Virus record (IMG/VR): IMGVR_UViG_3300032323_000739
Span: 1-64,000 of that record
Origin: a virus
Length of the DNA stretch: 64,000 nucleotides
Direction: 5' to 3' (one strand)
How positions within the stretch are numbered: position 1 is the first letter of the stretch; each line of letters begins with the position of its first letter. Positions 30,617-40,710 of the stretch are shown here, one piece after another. Under the pieces are notes generated by a model. The model was given only the letters and a program-made list of their open reading frames with translations, ran no database searches and was not told where the DNA came from. A program made the translations under genes and the position numbers.

Positions 30617-31525
30617 ATGGCAGTCGGTGATTTAATTACAGCAACGAGATATAATAATTTACAAAGTCGTATTAACGTTATTATGGGCGTGGGCTCGGGT
30701 AATAGCGGATACGGACAAACTTTAGTTAGCGGACAAGTTATTGCAGGTAGTAACGTAGACTTAACTCGCGTATTGAACTTGCGTACAGACATGCTGAAAG
30801 CACGCCAACATCAAACCGGCGGTAACGAAGGACCTAGCCCAGGCACTGGAGCATTTCCGTTGGTTACAACTGCTGATCAAATTACAGATGCTTTTGCCGC
30901 AAACCTTGAAAGCCAAATGACTACTATTGAAAACAATAAATTAGCATTAGGACTAGTAGCAGGTAACTTTACCGATGTAACAGATGCATTAACTAGCCAA
31001 CGTACTGCTAGTTGGAATGGTCTATTAACACACAATCTTACAGTGGCATTTGGCAGCGATAATAATGCTCGTTATTTCTTTAACAGCGGCGGTGATATTC
31101 GTTTCCGTGTTACACTAACAGGCGGTACTAGCGACACAGGTGCTAACCAAATTTATACAGATTGGTTAAACATGTTTAACACCATGGGTACTATCATTAT
31201 GAATCATAATACTACTAGTAGAACTGGTACAGCAGGAACAACACAAAATATTGGTTTTTATGGTTTGACTGGTACTAACCAAGAAATTTTCCGTCGTGTA
31301 GGTTCGGGCAACTACGCTTCAAACACATACATTATTAATGCACGTAAGGATACTTCAGGTAACGTATTTTTTAACATCCAATTCAACGATAACAAAGGCG
31401 GTAATCCAAACTTTGACGAAGCCGTAACAGGTACGTTGACAAGCCGTGTGGATCATCGTCGTGCTACGGGCTCAAACGTATCAGTAGCCGCACCAACTTT
31501 GACAACAACTACAGCAATTACCTAA
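30617..31525 (+). CDS. Virion structural protein (fibre-associated)
   Basis: Thr/Gly/Asn-rich; G..I.A..YN, GYGQ and ARYFFN.GG.I motifs; last gene of the structural operon. Confidence 0.55.
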   Translation: MAVGDLITATRYNNLQSRINVIMGVGSGNSGYGQTLVSGQVIAGSNVDLTRVLNLRTDMLKARQHQTGGNEGPSPGTGAFPLVTTADQITDAFAANLESQMTTIENNKLALGLVAGNFTDVTDALTSQRTASWNGLLTHNLTVAFGSDNNARYFFNSGGDIRFRVTLTGGTSDTGANQIYTDWLNMFNTMGTIIMNHNTTSRTGTAGTTQNIGFYGLTGTNQEIFRRVGSGNYASNTYIINARKDTSGNVFFNIQFNDNKGGNPNFDEAVTGTLTSRVDHRRATGSNVSVAAPTLTTTTAIT

Positions 31526-31533
31526 TAAATTTC

Positions 31534-31562
31534 TTGACACTAGTCTCCTAGTACTATATAAT
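31534..31562 (+). promoter_or_regulatory. Perfect sigma70 consensus promoter TTGACA-N17-TATAAT for the biosynthetic cluster
   Basis: TTGACA at 31534-31539, TATAAT at 31557-31562. Confidence 0.85.
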
Positions 31563-31590
31563 ATACTAATATAGTCCTAGGAGATTTTTT
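31544..31590 (+). terminator. Intrinsic-terminator-like hairpin ending the structural operon; it also covers the downstream RBS
   Basis: TCTCCTAG-T-ACTATAT (31544-31559) pairs with ATATAGT-C-CTAGGAGA (31569-31584), one mismatch, 9-nt loop, followed by TTTTTT (31585-31590). Confidence 0.7.
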
Positions 31591-31938
31591 ATGGATGAAC
31601 GATTATCCAAAGCATTAGAATTTGCCAATTATTCGGTGACGCTGGCCAATCAACGTCGAGCTCTAAAAGAAAAATATCTAGCAGATGTTATCCACTATCA
31701 TAACGGAGGATGCTTTGCTATTACAAAAGAATTAATTAATTTTGTCAAATTACAAATCGATACAGGTAATGACACTGGTGTTGTTCTCATTGACGACAAC
31801 GATATTCCAGTAGAAATTGCCAATATGGACGAATTTTTTGATACGATTCTTAACAAATATTTTACAGCCAGTAATGAATATTATACTGAGTATCAAAAAC
31901 TGCGTAAAAATCGCACAGTGGAAGGTTTAACACAATGA
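31591..31938 (+). CDS. Hypothetical protein (possible fibre assembly/chaperone-like)
   Basis: 115 aa, strong RBS AGGAGA, no recognisable catalytic motif. Confidence 0.5.
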   Translation: MDERLSKALEFANYSVTLANQRRALKEKYLADVIHYHNGGCFAITKELINFVKLQIDTGNDTGVVLIDDNDIPVEIANMDEFFDTILNKYFTASNEYYTEYQKLRKNRTVEGLTQ

Positions 31939-32816
31939 CCCGTGGCTGTTTAATCTATGCCTTTAACAACGAAGAAATAGATTATATCACTATTGCTCGA
32001 GAAGCCGCACGTCGAGTTAAACTTTACTTAGAGGTGCCCGTTTGCTTGATTACAGATTCTGTGGAACAAGCACAAAAGGTAGATCCCGACAACAAATATT
32101 TTGATACAATTATTGATGTTTGGAAAGACACCCAACTAAAACCTACAGCAGAATTATTAAACACTAGAAATGTTCGTCAATATTCAGACGGCAGTGTTAC
32201 ACAAAAGAAAGCCAATTTTAAAAATAGTCTCCGAACAAAAACTTATGAATTAACACCTTATGATGAAACATTAGTAATAGACAGTGATTACTTTTTAGCC
32301 AATGGTTTGTTAAAAAATTGTTGGGATCAAGAGAAAGATTTTTTAATTTATAAAGAAGGGTATGACATATCTGGATATAGAATCCACCCGGAGTTTGATC
32401 GTGTTAGCGACTATACAGTAGATTTTTATTGGGCTACAGCGTTCTGGTTTAGAAAATCATCAATGACTAAAACTTTTTTTAATCTAGTAGATCACATCCG
32501 TGACAACTGGGATTACTATAAGTTAGTTTATCAATTTGCCAGTCATATGTACCGTAATGATCACGCCTTTAGTATTGCAATTCATATTATGAACGGTTAT
32601 ACAGGCTTGCCTTGGGAAGGAAAAATGCCAGGTCGTATGCTTTATACACTAGACAAAGATGTACTAGTAGATATGGATGATCGAGGATTTAGAGTATTAT
32701 TAGAAAAACAAAACAGACATGGTGAGTATACTTTAACAAAAACTCAGGATGTTAGTATACATCTTATGAATAAGTTTAGCATACACAGAGTTCTCAAGGA
32801 GATTGCTGATGTCTAA
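31935..32816 (+). CDS. GT-A fold glycosyltransferase (GT8-like)
   Basis: RGCLIYA...Y...A; TPYDETLVIDSDY (DxD); RNDHAFSIA. Confidence 0.7.
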   Translation: MTRGCLIYAFNNEEIDYITIAREAARRVKLYLEVPVCLITDSVEQAQKVDPDNKYFDTIIDVWKDTQLKPTAELLNTRNVRQYSDGSVTQKKANFKNSLRTKTYELTPYDETLVIDSDYFLANGLLKNCWDQEKDFLIYKEGYDISGYRIHPEFDRVSDYTVDFYWATAFWFRKSSMTKTFFNLVDHIRDNWDYYKLVYQFASHMYRNDHAFSIAIHIMNGYTGLPWEGKMPGRMLYTLDKDVLVDMDDRGFRVLLEKQNRHGEYTLTKTQDVSIHLMNKFSIHRVLKEIADV

Positions 32817-33657
32817 AGGTTTTATTGTATTAGCACAAAATACAGACACAATAGACTATGTTCGACAGGCTTATGCTCTTGCGTTAAGCATTAAACATAG
32901 TCAGCAGACAATAAACAATATATCTATCATTACTAATGATATTATACCCGAACAATATAAATTTGTGTTTGATCAAATTATTAAAATCCCATGGGGTGAT
33001 TCTAGCGCCAACAGTAGATTTAAAGTAGAAAATCGTTGGAAAATATATCATGCTAGTCCATATGATCAGACCATTGTGCTTGATACTGATATGTTAGTGT
33101 TGGATGATATTTCTAGTTACTGGTCTACCTTTGAAAATTATGAAGTTTATTATACAAGTAAAGTCTTAGATTATCGAAACAAAATTATTTCCAGTAATTA
33201 TTATAGAAAAGCGTTTACTGCTAATAACCTACCAAATTTTTACTCTGGGTTACACTATTTTAAAAAATCTGAGTTTGCCAAAGAATTCTATAGTTGGGTA
33301 GAGTTAATTACAAACAACTGGGAATTATTTTATGGCAAATATGTCAGCGAACATTATCCAGAAAGGCCCAGTATGGATATTAGTGCGGCCTTAGCAGGAA
33401 AAATTATGCAAGTGACAGAAAAGATTACTAATTCTAAATACGACCCTGTAACCTTTACACACATGAAAAGTCGAATACAAGGTTGGGCTGACCCAGGGGA
33501 TAGTTGGATGAATAGTGTTGCTGTATATTTTGATCACGAGTGCCAGTTAAAAATTGGTAATTTTCAACAGCAGGGAGTGTTCCATTACACTGAAAAAGAG
33601 TTTCTTACTGATGTAATAATTAACAAATTGGAGTCAGCATGCCTGGCAATGAATTAA
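32809..33657 (+). CDS. GT-A fold glycosyltransferase (GT8-like), paralog of the previous gene
   Basis: SPYDQTIVLDTDML (DxD). Start moved to ATG 32809 behind the RBS AAGGAGA. Confidence 0.7.
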   Translation: MSKGFIVLAQNTDTIDYVRQAYALALSIKHSQQTINNISIITNDIIPEQYKFVFDQIIKIPWGDSSANSRFKVENRWKIYHASPYDQTIVLDTDMLVLDDISSYWSTFENYEVYYTSKVLDYRNKIISSNYYRKAFTANNLPNFYSGLHYFKKSEFAKEFYSWVELITNNWELFYGKYVSEHYPERPSMDISAALAGKIMQVTEKITNSKYDPVTFTHMKSRIQGWADPGDSWMNSVAVYFDHECQLKIGNFQQQGVFHYTEKEFLTDVIINKLESACLAMN

Positions 33658-34250
33658 CTCAAGAAGAATTAGATGCTATACTAGCACAGTCGGCATGGAA
33701 ACCAGCAGACCCGCTAGTGTATTTTAATCCGGATACCGGAGAACTTCGTATGATTACTGGAGAGCAACAGGGCGATGATCCGTATTTTATACGTGTTAAT
33801 CCTGCTGAGATTGACGATCTTGTAAAAAACAAAACATCCCCTGCAGACTATCGTGTAGTTATGGATTTTAAAACTAATGAATATATTCTACAAAATATTT
33901 TAGATGGAGACATTCGTAGTTTTAATTGGAATGAAGAAGTATATCAACTACCTAAACACGGAGAGGGTAGTATTACATTAGTTCAAAATATTAAAGATAA
34001 AACTTGGACTCTTAAAATAACAGACAACGTTAGAGACTCGCTGTCTAAACAGGCAGTACACGCTAAAAGCAGTCTTGCTTTTTACGCTACTAAGCGGGAT
34101 GATGTTAACGTGTTATATGGGATATTAAAGTTTAGGATGATAGATATTACTACTACAGGTGAATTTACTATAAAAGATAGTTCTGCAGAACAGGAATGCA
34201 GTGTATTTTGCCGTAGAGTATTTGATAGTTATAGGCATGTAGAACAATGA
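33639..34250 (+). CDS. Hypothetical protein
   Basis: 203-aa ORF overlapping both neighbours; RBS GGAG. Confidence 0.55.
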   Translation: MPGNELTQEELDAILAQSAWKPADPLVYFNPDTGELRMITGEQQGDDPYFIRVNPAEIDDLVKNKTSPADYRVVMDFKTNEYILQNILDGDIRSFNWNEEVYQLPKHGEGSITLVQNIKDKTWTLKITDNVRDSLSKQAVHAKSSLAFYATKRDDVNVLYGILKFRMIDITTTGEFTIKDSSAEQECSVFCRRVFDSYRHVEQ

Positions 34251-35143
34251 AAATAAGAATAGCAGAACAAGATATCATTTATCTCAGTTACGATGAACCC
34301 AATGCTGAGAAGAATTATGCAGATTTATTACACAAAGTACCTTGGGCTAAACGTGTACATGGAGTTAAAGGCAGCGATGCCGCACACAAAGCCTGTGCCG
34401 CATTAAGCGACACAGAATATTTTGTCACAGTTGACGGTGACAATGTTATTGATTCTGAATTTATTAACGTAGAAATCGATTTAGATGAATTAGGGCTTGA
34501 TGAAAGTTATGTATTCAGTTGGTGCGGTAAAGTTAACGTTAACGGATTAATGTATGGCAACGGCGGCCTTAAGTTATGGACTCGTAAATTTGTTAACAAC
34601 ATGCGTACACATGAAAATTCTGACCCTGCTGATACTAAAGGTCTAGTAGAATTTTGTTTTGATGACAAATATTATCAATTCAATACTAATTATTCTACTA
34701 GCGTTATTAATGGCAGTGCTTTCCAAGCCTTCCGTGCAGGATTTCGAGAAGGCGTAAAGATGAGTTTAAATCAAGGAGCCAAAGTTAGTAACATTAAAGA
34801 CGTGTGGTGGCAAAATTATCAACGTCTTTTAATCTGGTCTACGGTTGGCAGTGATGTGGAATATGGAGATTGGGCTATATATGGTGCTCGAGAAGGTTGC
34901 TACTTGACTAATTGTACAGACTGGGACTATGCCAATGTTCGTGATTTTGAATACCTTACAGAACAGTGGAAAGAAAAATACAGTAAAATTACTGAGGAAA
35001 TGTTACCATATGAAATTACAGGACTTGGTGTAACACTAAAAGAAGAATTAGGTTTAGAAATAGCAGACCTAGATAAACATGGCAGTAAATTTTTTAGAAC
35101 AGTATATCAAAATACTCCAAGAATAATTGGAAGAAAACTATGA
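34247..35143 (+). CDS. GT-A glycosyltransferase-like protein (DGD motif)
   Basis: DII.LSYDEPNA...GVKG...AH..A......F.TVDGDN; paralog of 45718-46413. Confidence 0.65.
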   Translation: MKIRIAEQDIIYLSYDEPNAEKNYADLLHKVPWAKRVHGVKGSDAAHKACAALSDTEYFVTVDGDNVIDSEFINVEIDLDELGLDESYVFSWCGKVNVNGLMYGNGGLKLWTRKFVNNMRTHENSDPADTKGLVEFCFDDKYYQFNTNYSTSVINGSAFQAFRAGFREGVKMSLNQGAKVSNIKDVWWQNYQRLLIWSTVGSDVEYGDWAIYGAREGCYLTNCTDWDYANVRDFEYLTEQWKEKYSKITEEMLPYEITGLGVTLKEELGLEIADLDKHGSKFFRTVYQNTPRIIGRKL

Positions 35144-36555
35144 TCACTAGCAAGTTAGAATATTGGCCTAAGATTAAAGATCAACTAGATCAAGTAGGAC
35201 CTGGATTTTGTTTGGCAAAATGGAATCAAGTAACAATTCATCTAGCCACAGGTCATACACATAGTTGTCATCATCCTAACACACATAAGATTCCTCTGCA
35301 AGAAATTGCCGCGGACCCTAGTGCATTACATAATACTCTATTCAAGAAACAACAACGCCAACGTATGTTAGACGGTGAACGTCCAGAAGAATGTAGTTAT
35401 TGCTGGAATGTTGAGGATAATGTTAAAGAAGCACATATATTCAGTGACCGTGTACAAAAAAGTGCAGAATCTTGGAGTCAGAATTTTGAAGAAGTGCTGG
35501 CTGCTGGCGCAGAAAATTTTAATCCTACCTATGTTGAAGTTAGTTTTAGTAATGTTTGCAATTTTAAATGTTCGTATTGTTCACCAGAAGTATCTAGCAA
35601 ATGGATGGAGGAGATAGAACAATATGGGGCTTATCCAACTAGCAACAAATTTAATAATATCGAATGGTTAAAAAGCATTGACAAAATGCCTATACCTAAC
35701 AAAGACTATAATCCTTATGTTAATGCGTTTTGGCACTGGTGGCCCGAGTTATATAAGACTCTAAAAGTGTTCCGTATTACTGGCGGCGAACCTTTATTAA
35801 GCAAAGATACGTTTAAAGTTTTAGATCATATCATAGAAAACCCTCGTCCTGAACTTGAACTAATGATTAACAGTAATCTCTGCATACCGGATGAATTGTT
35901 TAATAAGTTTGTAGAAAAGATGAAACGTATTCAAGGCGAAGGCATGATCAAAGACTTTACCTTGTTTACTAGTTGCGAAGCACACGGCGAGCGAGCAGAA
36001 TATATTCGCAACGGTTTAAATTATAACAAATGGTTAGATAATTGTTATACGTACTTGGACAAAGTACCAAATGGTCGTTTAGGTATAATGAGCACCTATA
36101 ATATTTTAAGTGTTACAAGTTACATGCCATTTATGAAAGACTTGTTAACACTAAACAAAACCTTTAATCATTATAAGGATAGAGTACATCCATTAATTTT
36201 TGATATTCCATACTTACGTTATCCAGAACATCTTAGTATGACTATCCTTACACCTGATTATCTTAAACAAGTCGAAGAACAAGTAACGTTTATGTATCAG
36301 AACCGTCAAACAGCAGATTGGCAACCTCTTGCTGGCAACGGTTTTTATGATTGGGAATGTAAAAAGTTAGAACGTGTTTATCATTTGCTAGAAAGCACTT
36401 TCAAAGTTGGCGAGCATCTACAACCAAGCACTGTAAATAAACGCAAAGATTTTGTACGTTTTGTTGACGAGCATGACCGTCGTCGTGGTACAAATTTCTT
36501 ACAAACCTTTCCAGAAATGGAAGAGTTCTACAACCTATGCAAGTCTTTAACATGA
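35140..36555 (+). CDS. Radical SAM protein with N-terminal twitch/SPASM-like Cys cluster
   Basis: CNFKCSYC (CxxxCxxC), TGGEP; N-terminal CLAKW...HSCHH...ECSYCW. Confidence 0.85.
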   Translation: MITSKLEYWPKIKDQLDQVGPGFCLAKWNQVTIHLATGHTHSCHHPNTHKIPLQEIAADPSALHNTLFKKQQRQRMLDGERPEECSYCWNVEDNVKEAHIFSDRVQKSAESWSQNFEEVLAAGAENFNPTYVEVSFSNVCNFKCSYCSPEVSSKWMEEIEQYGAYPTSNKFNNIEWLKSIDKMPIPNKDYNPYVNAFWHWWPELYKTLKVFRITGGEPLLSKDTFKVLDHIIENPRPELELMINSNLCIPDELFNKFVEKMKRIQGEGMIKDFTLFTSCEAHGERAEYIRNGLNYNKWLDNCYTYLDKVPNGRLGIMSTYNILSVTSYMPFMKDLLTLNKTFNHYKDRVHPLIFDIPYLRYPEHLSMTILTPDYLKQVEEQVTFMYQNRQTADWQPLAGNGFYDWECKKLERVYHLLESTFKVGEHLQPSTVNKRKDFVRFVDEHDRRRGTNFLQTFPEMEEFYNLCKSLT

Positions 36556-36983
36556 AATATATTAGTCATAGAGGAAATTTAAAAGGTCCTGAACCTGAAT
36601 TAGAAAATGAGCCAGGGTACATTCAGGACGCTTTAGATGCTGGATTTGATGTAGAAGTTGATGTTTGGTATGTAGATGAAAAATTTATGCTAGGGCATGA
36701 CGCACCTATATATGATGTAACCAAAAACTTTTTATTAGATAGTAGACTTTGGTGTCATGCTAAAACTCCCGAAGCATTAACAGCCATGTTAACAGCCGGA
36801 ATTCATTGCTTTTGGCATGAAAATGATGAAAGAACTTTAACTAGTCAGGGATTTATATGGACATATCCACACAAAAAATTAGTTGATCGTTCAGTAGTTG
36901 TAATTTTAGACAAGGAATTAAATCATGAGTATGTCTCACGAGCAGTTGCAGTCTGCGGTGACTACGTTCAATCCTGGCGCTAA
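36552..36983 (+). CDS. Small glycerophosphodiester phosphodiesterase (GDPD/PLC)-like protein
   Basis: ISHRGN...EN.....A...GFDVEVDVW...LGHD...WCHAK. Start at ATG 36552 (ATGA overlap). Confidence 0.7.
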   Translation: MKYISHRGNLKGPEPELENEPGYIQDALDAGFDVEVDVWYVDEKFMLGHDAPIYDVTKNFLLDSRLWCHAKTPEALTAMLTAGIHCFWHENDERTLTSQGFIWTYPHKKLVDRSVVVILDKELNHEYVSRAVAVCGDYVQSWR

Positions 36984-37734
36984 TAAAATTGCTATCTGTT
37001 TTAGTGGACAAATTCGCACATGGCGTCGATGCATAGACACATGGATTCATCTTTTAGAACATAATGGTTCTAGAGATAACATAGATGTTTTTTGTCATTT
37101 TTGGGATTTTAATACGGTACCAAACTCTGTGCCAGATCATCCTAAAGTATCTGCCAAGGTGGATACTGAAGAAATAAAAGAACTAATAGACATTTTAAAA
37201 CCTAAAAAATATATAATTGATTTTGCGCGAGAGTTCCCACTGTTTGATAAAAATCAAGCAATTACACACGGACCGTTTGTTAGTCAATTTTACGGAATCA
37301 TGAAAGCGGCAAATTTAAAACGTCAGTATGAGATTGAAAATCGCATGATGTATAAAGGTGTAGTACGTGCAAGGTATGACGCATACTATACTCACAATGT
37401 AACTGAGTTTTATAAAAATATTGCTCCTAATACTATGCACGGGTTTCATATGGGATGGAATCCTGATAACTTTAGAGGGCGTATGGGAGATATTTTTTGG
37501 ATTGCAGACAGTGACACTTATGATCTTATAGCAGACTACTATATCAATCTAGGCTACATGAATAAGAAATGGTTCACTGCTGATCAAACAGATGCCACTC
37601 CGGAATGGGTATTTTTTCATTACATTAAAAAGAATAATATCGATATACAAAATAATCATTGGGATATTAAACTAATGAGAGAAAACGCAGAACTTAGTTT
37701 TGCCAAGAAGGAGGGCGGCTTTGAAGTCTGGTAA
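36925..37734 (+). CDS. Putative glycosyltransferase-like protein (IAIC.SG..R family)
   Basis: KIAICFSGQIRT...DVFCHFW...SQFY....AN.K..YE...Y..VVR.R.D; RBS AAGGA; paralog of the next gene. Confidence 0.5.
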   Translation: MSMSHEQLQSAVTTFNPGANKIAICFSGQIRTWRRCIDTWIHLLEHNGSRDNIDVFCHFWDFNTVPNSVPDHPKVSAKVDTEEIKELIDILKPKKYIIDFAREFPLFDKNQAITHGPFVSQFYGIMKAANLKRQYEIENRMMYKGVVRARYDAYYTHNVTEFYKNIAPNTMHGFHMGWNPDNFRGRMGDIFWIADSDTYDLIADYYINLGYMNKKWFTADQTDATPEWVFFHYIKKNNIDIQNNHWDIKLMRENAELSFAKKEGGFEVW

Positions 37735-38455
37735 GATTGCTATCTGTATTAGCGGAATGCTACGAACAGGAATTCAAGCGTATCCTGTGTTTCGTAATTT
37801 TTTTGATTCTCTTGGCGAGTATGATATTTTTTATCATACCTGGAAGTTAGACTCATCAATATCTAATTTGTTAAAAACAACTTACAAACCTACAAGATTT
37901 TTAGAAGAAGATCCGCTTAATAATACTAAAGAAAGTTCGTTTGGTAGTATGTTATACAGTATAATGATGGCCAATGAACTTAAAAAACAATATGAGATTG
38001 AAAATAATTTCAGATATGATCTTGTAATTAAAACAAGGTTTGATCTTGTTTTTCCTAAGACTATTAAATTTCCTGTTGATGAAAATATATGGCCTAGAAC
38101 AATTTATAGTGTAAACGGAAATTGTGGTATAAATCATACTGATTATGAAAATCACGGTATTAGTGATGTAATATTTTGGGGAGATAGCCAAAGTATGGAC
38201 CTGGCAACTAATATTTACAGGCATTATAAGTACACTACCTTAGTTAAAGACATGTATTTGAGGGACGGCTGGAAAATGGATGTAAAAGATTACTATCTAA
38301 GTCCAGGTACTATGATTTATCAACGCACAGTTAAACAAAATATAGCACATGTTAGATTGCCGTCTATTGGAGAAGTTCCGTGGAGGGACGATGTTGCTGA
38401 GTTAGATCCAGTTAAAGATTACGATAAAATAAGAGAGAGATATGCAAAAGGTTAA
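37721..38455 (+). CDS. Putative glycosyltransferase-like protein, paralog of 36925-37734
   Basis: KIAICISGMLRT...DIFYHTW...SMLYS...ANELK..YE....YDLVIKTRFD. Likely TTG start at 37721 after GAAGGAGG. Confidence 0.5.
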   Translation: MKSGKIAICISGMLRTGIQAYPVFRNFFDSLGEYDIFYHTWKLDSSISNLLKTTYKPTRFLEEDPLNNTKESSFGSMLYSIMMANELKKQYEIENNFRYDLVIKTRFDLVFPKTIKFPVDENIWPRTIYSVNGNCGINHTDYENHGISDVIFWGDSQSMDLATNIYRHYKYTTLVKDMYLRDGWKMDVKDYYLSPGTMIYQRTVKQNIAHVRLPSIGEVPWRDDVAELDPVKDYDKIRERYAKG

Positions 38456-39260
38456 GACATTATTAGTAGATGGCGATAGTTGGACATACGGCAGTGAAAT
38501 ACGCGATCCCAAGTTGCCAGAAGAAGTAAAAGATTGGGACCCACCGAATGATGAATATCGATTACCGCGTATTTGGCCAACAAAGTTGGGAGAAATGTTA
38601 GGTGCTGACGAAGTGTTTAACATCAGTTATCCTGCATCTAGCAATGATGGAATAGTGCGAAGAACAGTAGGATGGATTACTCAAGAATATCTAAGCAAAG
38701 GTCGCGATACTAGCGATCTATTTGTAGTCATAGGATTTACTAGTCCAGAACGAAAAGATTTTTATTATCGTGACATTGACGACAAATATAAACACTTTTG
38801 GTACACACTTTGGCCAATGTGGAAACATCGTTATCCACAAGAGGAATTAAACAGATTTGCCGACATTTATGCTTCTTATATGTGGAACCCTGAAGAGTAT
38901 ACACATAGATATCTAAATCAAGTATTCTATTTGCAAACATTGTTTAATCATTACGGCATAAAACATTTATTTTTCCAAGCCTTTTATCAGCGTAATGATA
39001 TGCATATACGTCAGTGGACAGATGATCCATATAACAAACACTACAACGGACAACCAGATCAAATGGTTTGGGACATGATTGATCCTACACGATTTATGCA
39101 TAAGGATGACAAGATTCATAGTTTTCATAACTATATTTTAGATAAAGATACCAGCGAAGGAAAACGAAATAGTATTCTTAACATGCATCCTAGTGAATTA
39201 GGACATACATGGTGGGCCGAACACATTTATGAATACGGCAAAGGAAAAAAATTATGGTAA
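38442..39260 (+). CDS. SGNH/GDSL-fold esterase or acyltransferase-like protein
   Basis: DGDSWTYG block I, SN..I.R, G.T..ER, C-terminal HP...GH..WA. Confidence 0.65.
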   Translation: MQKVKTLLVDGDSWTYGSEIRDPKLPEEVKDWDPPNDEYRLPRIWPTKLGEMLGADEVFNISYPASSNDGIVRRTVGWITQEYLSKGRDTSDLFVVIGFTSPERKDFYYRDIDDKYKHFWYTLWPMWKHRYPQEELNRFADIYASYMWNPEEYTHRYLNQVFYLQTLFNHYGIKHLFFQAFYQRNDMHIRQWTDDPYNKHYNGQPDQMVWDMIDPTRFMHKDDKIHSFHNYILDKDTSEGKRNSILNMHPSELGHTWWAEHIYEYGKGKKLW

Positions 39261-40027
39261 AAGAAATTGTAGTTTGCGGGGATAGTTTTGGCTGCGGTTC
39301 GGGCATCCCCTTAGAATCTTGTTTTGAAGCATCTTTTGGTGGACAAGTCGCAGATCATTTTAATGTTCCTTTGAATGTGTATGCTAGATCGGGGTGTTGT
39401 AATTATGTGATATATCTGCAAGTTAAACAAGTAATTGAGGATTATCGTGCTAAAGAAAAACCATTTGTGTTAATATCAACAACTAATCACAGTCGATTTA
39501 CATTTCCTGTTGATACAACTTTAGGATATGTTAACTATACATTGGCTGATGTTGACTACGATAGTTATACTCCTTATTCTGAACATACAGGCCCAGGTCG
39601 TAGACCCAAGCCTATAGAAAATTTTAATAAACCTAAATTAATTAGTGAAACTGTTAGTAACATTTTATATTTTTTAGAACAAAATCCTGGAAATTTAGCA
39701 CCGTTGTTTTACAGTATTAAAAGAAAAATAAAAACTGTTGAGCTTTATTTTAGAGATTTGTACGATGACGAAATTAAACAAGTTAATGATACTGGTTTAA
39801 TATTATTAATGCACAACGAATTAAAAGAGGCCGGAATTCCGCATTTAATAATGACACCTAGTGAACACAGAGATCGTTTTATAGATAAAGAAAATTTCTT
39901 TTATAATAATTGGGGATACTATAGTCAAAAATATCCAGACTTGTACGGTAGCGGACATTGCACTGAAGTCGGTCACATGGAAGTAGCCAAAAAAATAATT
40001 AAACGAATAGAAGGAACGAGTTTGTGA
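39254..40027 (+). CDS. SGNH/GDSL-fold protein
   Basis: CGDSFG.G, ARSG.CN, C-terminal GH...GH..VA. Confidence 0.6.
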   Translation: MVKEIVVCGDSFGCGSGIPLESCFEASFGGQVADHFNVPLNVYARSGCCNYVIYLQVKQVIEDYRAKEKPFVLISTTNHSRFTFPVDTTLGYVNYTLADVDYDSYTPYSEHTGPGRRPKPIENFNKPKLISETVSNILYFLEQNPGNLAPLFYSIKRKIKTVELYFRDLYDDEIKQVNDTGLILLMHNELKEAGIPHLIMTPSEHRDRFIDKENFFYNNWGYYSQKYPDLYGSGHCTEVGHMEVAKKIIKRIEGTSL

Positions 40028-40710
40028 AATTAGTGTATGCTAACGGTGATAGTTGGACGCATGGTGACGAATTATCTGCGTTCGATGACATAGATCAAAC
40101 TTCTGTTCGATATTATAATTCTTGGCCGTGGAAATTATCTCAAATTTTAGACATTCCGGTATGTGTTAATGATGCACAAGGTGGCACAGGTAATTTACGT
40201 ATTTTTCGTAGAACTAACGAATTTATATATAGATGGATTGGTTCAGGAAAATCTGTCAGTGATTTATTAGTAGTAGTAGGATGGTCTACGCCCGAGCGTA
40301 CAGAAATTGGTGAAGGAAAAGGAATATATCCAATACAGATTCAGGGTCCTTTGTATTTTACAGATTTACCACGTGATGATGTTTCTTTAGAAAACTATCA
40401 TAAAGCATATTACGAAATATATTCAGACAGTTACGGAGAAAACTTAACAGCACTATATATGATGAATTTAAGAATGTTGTGCCAGGGATTAGGAATAAAA
40501 TATTTTGATTTTGTTGCTATAGGTAATCAACCTCAGCATTGGCAAGACTATATGAAATCAAAGTGGAATATAGAATTAACAAATATGTATATGAAAAGTA
40601 CCTGGAGTGCTGAAGTTTATAATAATAAATGGAGTAAACATAAGCACGGACATCCTACTAAAGAAACTCATGAACTATGGGCTAACATTTTAGCCAAGGA
40701 AATACAATGA
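40024..40710 (+). CDS. SGNH/GDSL-fold protein
   Basis: NGDSWTHG, GGTGN.RI.R, GWS..ER, HP....H..WA; GTG start. Confidence 0.65.
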   Translation: MKLVYANGDSWTHGDELSAFDDIDQTSVRYYNSWPWKLSQILDIPVCVNDAQGGTGNLRIFRRTNEFIYRWIGSGKSVSDLLVVVGWSTPERTEIGEGKGIYPIQIQGPLYFTDLPRDDVSLENYHKAYYEIYSDSYGENLTALYMMNLRMLCQGLGIKYFDFVAIGNQPQHWQDYMKSKWNIELTNMYMKSTWSAEVYNNKWSKHKHGHPTKETHELWANILAKEIQ

